DNA of 30,477 nt from Vicingaceae bacterium (lineage in GTDB: Bacteria; Bacteroidota; Bacteroidia; Flavobacteriales_E; Vicingaceae): contig DATGOR010000289.1 of NCBI GenBank assembly GCA_035305805.1, forward strand, positions 1 through 30,477, read 5' to 3'. Within the stretch, counting starts at the first letter, position 1; each line of letters opens with the position of its first letter. The position numbers and the translations under genes were made by a program. Below, piece by piece: positions 1 through 8,852 of this stretch. The notes under the pieces were generated by a model, which saw only the letters and a list, made by a program, of their open reading frames with translations, did no database searches and was not told the DNA's origin.

Positions 1-32
1 AAAAAACACTTTTTTATATCATAATACTATCG

Positions 33-40
33 TATATTCG
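33..40 (+). promoter_or_regulatory. Candidate Bacteroidota sigma-70 -7 box (TATATTCG, variant of TAnnTTTG) for ppiD
   Basis: 7/8 match to TAnnTTTG, 30 nt upstream of the ATG at 70; no clear -33 TTTG. Confidence 0.4.
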
Positions 41-69
41 CAGCCCAAAAATTTTATAAATAACAGATA

Positions 70-2154
70 ATGGCAGTAATAGGAAAAATTAGAGAAAAAT
101 CAGCACTACTATTGATTATCATTGGTGTAGCAATGGTGGCATTTATTTTAGGAGATTTCCTTCAATCGGGACAATCTTTTTTTGCTTCAGGCAATAATAA
201 TGTTGGAGAAGTAGGTGATGTAGAAATTTCTGCAAGAGATTTTGACAGAAAATTGAATGAATTTATCGCTCAGTACGAAATGAACAATGGGCCTGCTAAT
301 GCTCAAGTAAGAGAAAGTATAAAAGAACAGGTTTGGAATGACATCGTAAGAGAAGAATTGTTAGTAAAACAATTTAAGTTATTAGGTATAGATGTTAGTC
401 CTAGAGAATTAGATGACATGATTACTGGACCAAACCCTCATCCACAAATTAAACAATCGTTTACTAATCCCGAAACAAATGTTTTTGATCCCAACCAGGT
501 GATTAACTTTTTGAAAGGCTTAGACAATATGCCTGAAGAAAGAAAAAGACAGTGGATATTGTTTGAAGAAGGGTTAATTCAAGAAAGAATTAATACCAAA
601 TACAACAACATGATTACTAAAGGAATGTTTGCTACCTCTTTAATGATTAAAAACACTTATAAAGAAGAAAATGAAAAGAGAGCTATTAAGTATGTGGTAA
701 AAAGATACAATACCATTGATGATAGCACTATAACTGTTTCTGATGCGGATATAAAAGCTTATTATGATGAGCACAAACATGAATACAAACAAGAATCATC
801 AAGAAATATTGAATATGTGAAATTTCAAGTAGTACCTTCTCCTGAAGATAGAGCAGCTGTTATGGAGCAATTAAAAGAAATTGCTGTTGAATTCAAGAAA
901 GCTGAAAACGACTCTGCTTTTGTAGCATATAATTCTGATTTGCCGGTAAACTTGAATTATTATGGACAAAATGATTTCCCTTACAATCTAGATTCTTCTT
1001 TCTTTTTCTCTGAAGTAGGAAGTACGTTTGGACCTTTTGAAGAAAACAATACGTTTGCAGTAGTAAAAATATCAGCTATTAAAATGATGCCTGATTCTGT
1101 TAAAGCCAGACATATTTTAATTAGTGCTACTCAACCTGGAGATTCAACCGGATATGAAAAATTAGATTCATTGAAAACAGTTATTAAAGCAGGAGGAAAT
1201 TTTGCTGAATTGGCGAAAGAACATTCTGACGATGTAGGTTCTGCAGTAGAAGGAGGAGATTTAGGATGGTTTACCCAAGGAACAATGGTTGGACCATTTA
1301 ATGATGCTTGTTTTAATGGCAACAAAGGAGATTTGGTAATTGTTCAGACTCAATTTGGTTTTCATTTAATTGAAATACAAGACCAGGCTGAAAAAGTGAA
1401 AAAAGTAAGGTTGGCTAAAGTAGCGTTAAACATTACTCCAAGCAGTGAAACTTACGATAATGTTTTTGCACAAGTAAGCCAGTTTTATTCTGCAAACAGT
1501 TCATCAAGTGAATTTACTGCTACCTATGAAAAAGAAGAAGAAAATTACCAAAAAGGATTGGCTACTTCTATAAAACCGGGAGATAAAACTATTGCTGGTA
1601 TTGGAAGTGCCAGAGAGTTGGTAAGATGGGCATTTAAAAACGAGCAAGGAGCTATTAGTGAACCATTGCAGTTTGATAATACTTATGTAATTGCACATCT
1701 TTCAGAAGTTTTAGAAGATGGAATAGCTCCTTTAGACCAAATAAAAGAAGAATTGAAAGTAGCAGTGATACAAAAGAAAAAAGGAGAACAACTTAGCAAA
1801 GAAATGGAAGGATCAACTGATTTAAAGCAATTAGCTGAAACGATTGGTGTTCCATTAAGTACTAATTCAGCAGTAAACTTCGCTTCCTATTCTATTCCGG
1901 GTATTGGGCAAGAACCAAAAGTAATTGGTGTTACTGCAGCATTAAATAAAGGAGAAATAACCAAAAAACCTGTTGTGGGTAGCGTAGGTGTTTATATGAT
2001 TGAAGTAGAAGATGTAACCCCTGCACCTGAATCGGCAGATTATACCAATATTAAACAACAATTAAACAGCAGATACGCTTCTGTTGCTTCCGGAACTTTA
2101 GAAGCATTAAAAGATAAGTTTGGCGTAAAAGATATGCGTTATAAGTTCTATTAA
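70..2154 (+). CDS. ppiD: PpiD-type periplasmic chaperone / parvulin peptidyl-prolyl isomerase (SurA_N domain, N-terminal membrane anchor)
   Basis: 694 aa; MAVIGKIREKS followed by a TM helix, typical of Bacteroidota PpiD; parvulin motifs VKARHILI, FAELAKEHSDD, GGDLGWF, FNDACF, TQFGFHLI. Confidence 0.9.
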   Translation: MAVIGKIREKSALLLIIIGVAMVAFILGDFLQSGQSFFASGNNNVGEVGDVEISARDFDRKLNEFIAQYEMNNGPANAQVRESIKEQVWNDIVREELLVKQFKLLGIDVSPRELDDMITGPNPHPQIKQSFTNPETNVFDPNQVINFLKGLDNMPEERKRQWILFEEGLIQERINTKYNNMITKGMFATSLMIKNTYKEENEKRAIKYVVKRYNTIDDSTITVSDADIKAYYDEHKHEYKQESSRNIEYVKFQVVPSPEDRAAVMEQLKEIAVEFKKAENDSAFVAYNSDLPVNLNYYGQNDFPYNLDSSFFFSEVGSTFGPFEENNTFAVVKISAIKMMPDSVKARHILISATQPGDSTGYEKLDSLKTVIKAGGNFAELAKEHSDDVGSAVEGGDLGWFTQGTMVGPFNDACFNGNKGDLVIVQTQFGFHLIEIQDQAEKVKKVRLAKVALNITPSSETYDNVFAQVSQFYSANSSSSEFTATYEKEEENYQKGLATSIKPGDKTIAGIGSARELVRWAFKNEQGAISEPLQFDNTYVIAHLSEVLEDGIAPLDQIKEELKVAVIQKKKGEQLSKEMEGSTDLKQLAETIGVPLSTNSAVNFASYSIPGIGQEPKVIGVTAALNKGEITKKPVVGSVGVYMIEVEDVTPAPESADYTNIKQQLNSRYASVASGTLEALKDKFGVKDMRYKFY

Positions 2155-2174
2155 TTGTTTGAATTAAATCATTT

Positions 2175-2213
2175 AAAGAGGTTACTTACAATTTTTAAGT
2201 AGCCTCTTTTTTT
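2175..2213 (+). terminator. Rho-independent terminator after ppiD
   Basis: Stem AAAGAGGTTACTTA (2175-2188) / TAAGTAGCCTCTTT (2196-2209) with one G-U pair, 7-nt loop and T7 tract at 2207-2213. Confidence 0.85.
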
Positions 2214-2251
2214 ACCTACTAAGGGGTTAGTTTTGTGATGGAACAATTATT

Positions 2252-3631
2252 ATGTTTAAAAAAGTAATTACATATTTTAATTCGTTGTTGCAGCTGTTGA
2301 AAAACAAAATGCAGAATGACGAATTGAAAAAATTTACTTTACAATCTTTTCCTTTTTGGGTATCATCTATAGTGGCAGGATTATTAGCTGTTTTTTATTC
2401 TAAGCTGTTCCATTGGGTAGAGCAATTGCACGAGATGATGAATTTCCATAAAGCTTGGTGGGTGTTTTTAGCAGCACCGGCAAGTTTCTTTTTGGCTTGG
2501 TGGTTGGTGCATAAATTTAGTCCTACTTCATCGGGCAGTGGAATACCTCAGTTGTTGGCAGGCATCCATTTTTCAGGTCAGCGAAGCGGTTCTGCTAATG
2601 TGTTAAAGTTACTGAATGTAAAAGTAATTTTTATTAAAATTATTAGCAGTATCACGTTATTATTGGGTGGTGGAGCTAATGGTAGAGAAGGGCCTACCAT
2701 CCAAATTTCAGGAGCAATTTTTAATACTATTTATCGTTTTGTGCCCGATTTTTGGCCAAAAATCAACCAGCGTTTGATGTTAATCTCCGGTGGAGCAGCC
2801 GGGTTGGCAGCAGCATTTAACACTCCTTTAGGGGGAATTGTATTTGCGATAGAAGAGTTGGGGAAAACACACCTAAATGCTATGCGGACCCACTTGTTTA
2901 CCGCTGTTATTATTGCCGGATTAACGTCTCAATTGTTCTTGGGGTCTTACCTTTACATAGGTACTCCGTTTGTGCCTGAAATGAAAGGTATGGCAATTGT
3001 TTATGTCATGCTTACCGCTGTTTTTGCTAGTTTTTTTGGATACCTTTTCTCCTCCATTTTACTAAAAATAATTCGATGGAAAAAAGTGTTAAAACACACA
3101 CGACAAAAGGCCGCATGGGCAATTCTGATGGGGTTGGTCTTTGCTACTTTGGTCTTCTTTACCGGGAATGCCACTACAGGATCCGGTAAAACAGTAATGG
3201 TAGATTTATTATTTAATGAAAATGCTACTACTGATTGGTTTACGTTCCCTTCAAGATTTTTTGCCTCTATCATTACTTACATAAGTGGTGGTGCAGGAGG
3301 AATATTTGCTCCTTCACTTTCTATAGGAGCTACACTTGGTGATGAAATTGTTAATTTGTTAGGAGTTCCGGAATTCAAAAATCTTATTATTATTACAGCA
3401 ATGATTGCTTTTATGACGGGGGTAACCCATGCTCCTTTTACTTCTTTTATTTTAGTTTTGGAAATGACAAACAGACACAATAGCGTATTTTCCATGATGT
3501 TGGCTGCTCTTATAGCTATTAGTGTTGCTAAATTACTGCACAAAAAATCTTTTTATGAGCAGTTGGTGGAAGATTATTTGAAATCACCCGATTTTAAACC
3601 TAAAGCTGAGAAAAATAAAATAATAGAATAG
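2252..3631 (+). CDS. clcA: ClC family chloride channel / Cl-/H+ antiporter, no CBS domains
   Basis: Signature motifs GSGIP, GREGP, GLAAAFNTPLGG-IVFAIEE, GIFAP and C-terminal FY (Y445-like); many TM helices. Confidence 0.9.
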   Translation: MFKKVITYFNSLLQLLKNKMQNDELKKFTLQSFPFWVSSIVAGLLAVFYSKLFHWVEQLHEMMNFHKAWWVFLAAPASFFLAWWLVHKFSPTSSGSGIPQLLAGIHFSGQRSGSANVLKLLNVKVIFIKIISSITLLLGGGANGREGPTIQISGAIFNTIYRFVPDFWPKINQRLMLISGGAAGLAAAFNTPLGGIVFAIEELGKTHLNAMRTHLFTAVIIAGLTSQLFLGSYLYIGTPFVPEMKGMAIVYVMLTAVFASFFGYLFSSILLKIIRWKKVLKHTRQKAAWAILMGLVFATLVFFTGNATTGSGKTVMVDLLFNENATTDWFTFPSRFFASIITYISGGAGGIFAPSLSIGATLGDEIVNLLGVPEFKNLIIITAMIAFMTGVTHAPFTSFILVLEMTNRHNSVFSMMLAALIAISVAKLLHKKSFYEQLVEDYLKSPDFKPKAEKNKIIE

Positions 3632-4551
3632 TGGAAACACAAGAGTTGAAAAATACCGATTATTTAAAGCAATTAGTAATGATTGCCGTATTTTGTTTGT
3701 TAGGATTGATGTTGTTTTCGGCAATTGGAAGCATTTTGGCATACATTATTTATGGTATTGAAATTACGCATCCATATAATTATACTCAGCTTACCGGTAA
3801 TGAATTAGGAGCGTTGAAATTAATTCAAGGATTTAGTGCTGTGGGATTATTTATTGTGCCACCTTTGGTTTTTGCAAAAATCATCAGCTTTCGACCTACG
3901 GAATTACTTGGGTTAACACAAAAAATTTCAGTAACTTCAACCGGGCTAATGGTAGTAATTATGTTAGCCATGATGCCATTTTTGTCATTTAGTATTAGTC
4001 TTAATAAAGCGTTGGTACTTCCCGAATTTATGCAAGGTTTAGAGCTTTGGATGAAAGCCAGTGAAGAACAAGCTCAACAGCTTACCACCGCTTTTTTAAA
4101 CATGAACAATTTTACTGATCTATTAGTGATGTTTACCTTAGTAGCTATTATTCCGGCTATTGGAGAAGAGCTATTATTTAGAGGAGTATTACAACAACTT
4201 TTTATAGGATGGAATAAAAAGCCACATTTTTCTATTTGGCTGACGGCTATTGTGTTTAGTGCATTACACATGCAGTTTTATGGATTTTTACCAAGAATGT
4301 TGTTAGGTGTTGTGTTTGGGTATTTGTTTTTTTGGAGCAAATCACTTTGGTTGCCTATTTTGGCACATTTGTTTAATAACGGATTGGTAGTGGTACTCAC
4401 GTATTTTTATCCCGAAAAATACTTGGAAAACGACTTGTTGGAAGAACAATCGGAAGCAATGTCCAATAGTTGGATGGTAATATTAAGCATTGCTGTAACG
4501 CTTGGTCTGATGTATTGGTTTAAAAAACGTAGCGAACTTACCATTCGTTAA
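3631..4551 (+). CDS. CPBP (CAAX protease-like / Rce1) intramembrane glutamic endopeptidase
   Basis: Motifs EELLFRG, FSALH and H-LFNN; GTG start overlaps the clc stop codon (TAGTG). Confidence 0.88.
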   Translation: METQELKNTDYLKQLVMIAVFCLLGLMLFSAIGSILAYIIYGIEITHPYNYTQLTGNELGALKLIQGFSAVGLFIVPPLVFAKIISFRPTELLGLTQKISVTSTGLMVVIMLAMMPFLSFSISLNKALVLPEFMQGLELWMKASEEQAQQLTTAFLNMNNFTDLLVMFTLVAIIPAIGEELLFRGVLQQLFIGWNKKPHFSIWLTAIVFSALHMQFYGFLPRMLLGVVFGYLFFWSKSLWLPILAHLFNNGLVVVLTYFYPEKYLENDLLEEQSEAMSNSWMVILSIAVTLGLMYWFKKRSELTIR

Positions 4552-4557
4552 AAAAAT

Positions 4558-4590
4558 CCTGCCGTTCATATAATAAAACCTGCCGTTTGG
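4558..4590 (+). promoter_or_regulatory. LytTR-type direct-repeat operator candidate
   Basis: CCTGCCGTT at 4558-4566 and 4579-4587 (21-bp period); GCCGTTCAT-N12-GCCGTTTGG fits [TA][AC][CA]GTTN[AG][TG]-N12 at 8/9 positions per half-site. Confidence 0.55.
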
Positions 4591-4623
4591 AGGTTAGCAT
4601 CAATTATTTCTGATTGAATTGTT

Positions 4624-4631
4624 TAGTTTTG
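4624..4631 (+). promoter_or_regulatory. Candidate -7 box TAGTTTTG
   Basis: Exact TAnnTTTG, 12 nt before the ATG at 4643 and downstream of the direct repeat. Confidence 0.5.
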
Positions 4632-4642
4632 TAAAACCAAAA

Positions 4643-5407
4643 ATGAAGACCAAATTATTATATATTTTATTGATGTTGTTTTTGAGCGTACAACTTATGG
4701 CTCAAGAAGGGATTACCACATTTGGAGTTCAATTTAAACCCATAGTACCTCTAAACTATATTGACGGAGGTAAACAAACTAAAGAACAAACGAACATTAG
4801 TTACTCCATAGAACCGAATTTTGGTTATAGCTTTGGGATGGTAGTAAGAAAAGGAATTACCAAAAATATTTCCATAGAAACAGGTATTAACTATTTAAGA
4901 CGAAACTTTAGCCTCACCATAAACGATAGGGATTCAGCATTTATTAGTGAGTCGCAATTTAGCATGGATACGTATGAAATTCCGGTTTCAGGGTTGGTAT
5001 ATGTGCAGCTGGGTAGAGAAACTTTTATGAATGTATCCGGGGGATTATCCTTTGATATTTATCCCACACCCTTGTTTGTAAATGAGTATGAAGTGTTTGC
5101 GAATGCGGTTAATCGTAGAAGTTGGGTGCAAGTGAGTTTAATTGCTAATGTGGGTTGGGAATATCGTTCTAGAGAAAGTGGATATTTTTATGTTGGGTTT
5201 TCATTTCATCGCCCGTTTAGTCCACTTATGCAGTCAATTGTAACTTACGAAGCATTTAATCGAAACCAAGAAATGCGTTTTGATTTATCAGGAAATTACC
5301 TTACCTTGGATTTACGTTATTTTTTCCATGAAGAAAAAGAGAAAAAAACCGTAAAAAAAGATTTTAGACAACCCAAGCCTGAACATCTAAAAAAGAAAAA
5401 ACAATAA
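4643..5407 (+). CDS. Outer-membrane beta-barrel protein (porin / OMP_b-brl_2-like) with a basic C-terminal tail
   Basis: Signal peptide MKTKLLYILLMLFLSVQLMA|Q; alternating amphipathic strands (YSFGMVVR, ISIETGINY, VGWEY, YFYVGFSF, YLTLDLRYFF); ATG 4643 preferred over TTG 4619. Confidence 0.65.
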   Translation: MKTKLLYILLMLFLSVQLMAQEGITTFGVQFKPIVPLNYIDGGKQTKEQTNISYSIEPNFGYSFGMVVRKGITKNISIETGINYLRRNFSLTINDRDSAFISESQFSMDTYEIPVSGLVYVQLGRETFMNVSGGLSFDIYPTPLFVNEYEVFANAVNRRSWVQVSLIANVGWEYRSRESGYFYVGFSFHRPFSPLMQSIVTYEAFNRNQEMRFDLSGNYLTLDLRYFFHEEKEKKTVKKDFRQPKPEHLKKKKQ

Positions 5408-5545
5408 ACGCATTTTTATTCCGCTTAAACATTTCATTATTAGGCATTAACAAATTAAACACATCGTGATTTCTTAAATAATGATTAATATTATAAGGGG
5501 ATTAAACTTTTTTTTATTTATTTGTAAAAAAGAATCCTTTGTAAT

Positions 5546-8500
5546 ATGAAGAAATCAAGCTTTCTTAGTAAGAAAAAAGTCGCAATATTAATTACTTATT
5601 TTTTTATGATTAGCACTTTGCCTGCACAGCAAGTGAAAACATTTTTAAATAAAAGTGATTTGGTAGATAATCTTTATGAAATTCCGGAAGATGATTACCA
5701 AGGCAGAATTGACTACTTACTAAAAAATATTAATGAAAACGATACTTTGTATCCTGATATGTTAATTCTTTTGTCCTATTATGAAATCCAACAAAAAAAT
5801 AATGATCAAGCAATAGAATATTGTAACCAAGGTATTAATTCAGATGCATTTAGTATTAAGAATACGTTGTTCAATAATAAAGCGTCAGCACTTTTAGCAG
5901 AAAAAAAATATGATGAAGCTTTAAGAACAATTAAAGAAGGATTAAAAGAATATCCACAAAGTGCAAAACTTCATTACGTAAATGGATTAATTTATGAGGC
6001 TAAAGAAGACTTTAAAGAAGCTGTTAATTGGTATCAAAAAGCAATAAGACTATCTCCATATAATGCTTCATATCATTATAAGTTGGGAGAAGTAATGTAT
6101 TATGCAGATTTAGTTTCGCAGAGTGCATTGTGTTTTAATATGTACCTTATATTAAACCCAGACGGAGAAGGTTCACTGAGCGTATTGTCAGCATTAAACA
6201 CCATGCTTACCACAAAAAATGAGGAGAAAAAATTTGACAAAAAGAAGCTTGAAAATTACCAAACATTTAGTGAGTTAGATGTTTTAGTGAAAAACTATGT
6301 TGCATTAAACAATAAATATAAAGTCCCTTCAAAAATTGACTTACCTTATGTAAAGCAATCCCATTTAATTTTATCTTCCTTAAAAGATATTAAGAAGGAA
6401 AATGATTTTTGGGGTAATTATTACATTCCGTTTTTTGAACATATTATGAAAAATGATCTTTTTGAGGATTATAGCTATACTATATCATACTCTATTAATA
6501 GTGAAAGTAAATACAAGCCTATTGTTATCAAAAATGAACAGAACATTATAAAGTTTATCGATAACGTTTTTACAAAATGGGGTGAAATTATTTCTGAAGA
6601 AGCAGTTAGTAAAAACGAAGTAAAGAAAATGCTTTATGACAATAGGGAAATTAGCGGGATAGGAATTGTAAAAAAAGGCACATTAAATGGAAAGTGGAAG
6701 ACATATTTTTCTAATGGGAGGTTGTCTGCTGAAGGAGAGGTTAACCCAAGTAATAACCGAGAGGGGGATTGGATTTTTTATCATGAAAATGGCAATATAA
6801 GTGAAGAAGCTAACTATATTGACGGAAAGTTAAACAAAGTTTATAAAGCATATCACAGTAATGGTCAGTTGTTAAAAGTATTTAACTACGAATCGGGAAC
6901 ACTTGTTGGAGAATATCAACAGTATAATAAAAAAGGAGCATTATTAGAGAAAGGAGAGTATAATAAAGACGGAGAGTTAATTACACAATCTTTTTATTAC
7001 AATTTAGGAGAAAGTTTTTTAAATTATAATGTGCCATTTAAAAATAATAAAATAGACGGTCTAGTAGAAGTTTTGTATGAAGATGGCAAAACAAAATCAA
7101 TCATCAATTTTTCTGAAGGGTTAAGAAGTGGTGAAGAAAAAGAGTTTTATAAAACAGGAGAAAAAAAATATATATTTTCTAATCTTAATAACCAACCTGA
7201 AGGTGAATATTTCTCTTTTTATGAAAATGGTAATACAGAATCAAAAGGGGCATACAAGGAAGGCGTAATGATAGGAAATTGGCAGTATTATAATTATTAC
7301 GGAGAAAAAACAGAAGAAGTATTCTATGATGAAAAAGGGAAAAAAACAGGATTGTACAAACAATATGATATTGATGGCATTGTTTATAGTGAAGTAGATT
7401 ATAAAAATGGAGATCCGGTAGCATATAGGTTTTTCAATAAAAAGGGAGAAACCATTAAAGATGTTAAAAAATCAAAAGGAAGTTTTGAATACGAAGGTTT
7501 TTATGCTGACGGAGTAGTATCTACCAAAGGCATTTACAAAACCGACATGGGGAAAGATGGTCGTTGGGAATATTTTACACAGAATGGAGTCTTAAAAAGT
7601 GTAGAACATTTTAAAGATGGCAAATTACATGGAGAAGAGATAAATTATTACCCTAATGGCGAAATAAGTGATAAGTGGATTTATAAAAACGATTCGCTAA
7701 GTGGATATTATGCTAGCTATTTTTTAAACGGTAACATTTATGCTCAGGGGTGGTATGAACAGAAAAATAGAGTAGGAGAATGGAATTATTATTTTAGCGA
7801 CACTACTAAAAGCAAAATTTTTTATTACATAGACGGTAAGCTTCATGGAAAGCAAAAATATTTTGATGGAAACAATAAAATCTATTCCATAGAAACTTAT
7901 CATTTAGGAGACCTCATAAAAACAGAATATTTTGATACTACTCAGGCACTTTATGAAACCATTTATGAAGATTCTATCTATGGAAATAAAGAAGTAATTG
8001 TACATTTCTCAAACGGGAATCCTTCAAAAAAATACGATTGTGTTAACGGAATCCTTCACGGAAATTTTTTATCCTATTACCCGGATAAAACATTAAATGT
8101 TGAAGGATATTTCATTAATGGAAATAGAGAAAATAAATGGACTTGGTATCATCCTAATGGTAAAATTTCTAGTAAAGGGACTTATTATCAAGGACAACGA
8201 CATGGGGCGTGGGAGTATTATAGTTTTGAAGGAAATCTTACTCAACGAAGAAATTATCTTTATGGAGAATTAGAAGGAGAGCAAGTGTATTATAATGATG
8301 AAGGAGATGTTACTCAAAAAGATAATTATCGGTTAGGAAATCAACATGGTGAAAAAATATTTTATGATAATAACAATAATTTACAGTTGATAAGGTACTA
8401 TAATAATGGTAAGCTAACAGGATATTCTTACTTAGGAAAAGACGGAAAACTTGTTCCGGAAATTAAGCTTACAAACGAAACAGGTGAAATAGTAGGTTAT

Positions 8501-8848
8501 TATCAAAATGGCAAGGTTTCACGAAAAATGACCTACAACAAAGGTAGTTTTGTTGGAAACTATGAAGAGTATTACCAAAATGGACAAGTGAAAGAAATAG
8601 AAAAATACGAAAATACAGAAAGACAAGGGGAGGTAATTACTTATTATGAAGATGGAAAAATTAAAGAAAAGAAAAATTACCACCTAGGTGAATTCCACGG
8701 GGCATACGAAGAGTATTATCCAAATGGGAAGCTAAAACTTAGAACCAATTACATTGATGGGGAAATTTATGGATGGTATATGCATTTTAATGATGCAGGA
8801 GAACTAACACATAAAAACTACTATATTGCAGATACCTTATACTATTAA
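5546..8848 (+). CDS. Exported TPR + MORN-variant repeat protein (YwqK-like repeats), 1100 aa
   Basis: Signal peptide ending LPA|Q; TPR-like units at about aa 65-200 (AIEYCNQGI, ALRTIKEGLKEYP, AVNWYQKAIRLSP); about 30 Y(Y/H)xNG-type beta-hairpin repeats from about aa 355 to the end (eye count). Confidence 0.8.
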   Translation: MKKSSFLSKKKVAILITYFFMISTLPAQQVKTFLNKSDLVDNLYEIPEDDYQGRIDYLLKNINENDTLYPDMLILLSYYEIQQKNNDQAIEYCNQGINSDAFSIKNTLFNNKASALLAEKKYDEALRTIKEGLKEYPQSAKLHYVNGLIYEAKEDFKEAVNWYQKAIRLSPYNASYHYKLGEVMYYADLVSQSALCFNMYLILNPDGEGSLSVLSALNTMLTTKNEEKKFDKKKLENYQTFSELDVLVKNYVALNNKYKVPSKIDLPYVKQSHLILSSLKDIKKENDFWGNYYIPFFEHIMKNDLFEDYSYTISYSINSESKYKPIVIKNEQNIIKFIDNVFTKWGEIISEEAVSKNEVKKMLYDNREISGIGIVKKGTLNGKWKTYFSNGRLSAEGEVNPSNNREGDWIFYHENGNISEEANYIDGKLNKVYKAYHSNGQLLKVFNYESGTLVGEYQQYNKKGALLEKGEYNKDGELITQSFYYNLGESFLNYNVPFKNNKIDGLVEVLYEDGKTKSIINFSEGLRSGEEKEFYKTGEKKYIFSNLNNQPEGEYFSFYENGNTESKGAYKEGVMIGNWQYYNYYGEKTEEVFYDEKGKKTGLYKQYDIDGIVYSEVDYKNGDPVAYRFFNKKGETIKDVKKSKGSFEYEGFYADGVVSTKGIYKTDMGKDGRWEYFTQNGVLKSVEHFKDGKLHGEEINYYPNGEISDKWIYKNDSLSGYYASYFLNGNIYAQGWYEQKNRVGEWNYYFSDTTKSKIFYYIDGKLHGKQKYFDGNNKIYSIETYHLGDLIKTEYFDTTQALYETIYEDSIYGNKEVIVHFSNGNPSKKYDCVNGILHGNFLSYYPDKTLNVEGYFINGNRENKWTWYHPNGKISSKGTYYQGQRHGAWEYYSFEGNLTQRRNYLYGELEGEQVYYNDEGDVTQKDNYRLGNQHGEKIFYDNNNNLQLIRYYNNGKLTGYSYLGKDGKLVPEIKLTNETGEIVGYYQNGKVSRKMTYNKGSFVGNYEEYYQNGQVKEIEKYENTERQGEVITYYEDGKIKEKKNYHLGEFHGAYEEYYPNGKLKLRTNYIDGEIYGWYMHFNDAGELTHKNYYIADTLYY

Positions 8849-8852
8849 TGTA

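Noticed and set aside
2252-3631. Fluoride-specific CLC-F exporter
   Set aside because: It has canonical GSGIP, GREGP and a Tyr at the central site rather than the CLC-F GNNLI/GMGLI-type signatures; no fluoride riboswitch seen
3631-4551. CPBP/'Abi' protein as an anti-phage abortive-infection gene
   Set aside because: The Abi label for this family is a historical naming issue; the context is housekeeping and no defence genes are nearby
5546-8848. Toxin-antitoxin (YwqK) or Rhs/YD-repeat toxin
   Set aside because: No toxin partner, no Rhs core DPxG or toxin tip; the signal peptide and TPR head fit a scaffold better
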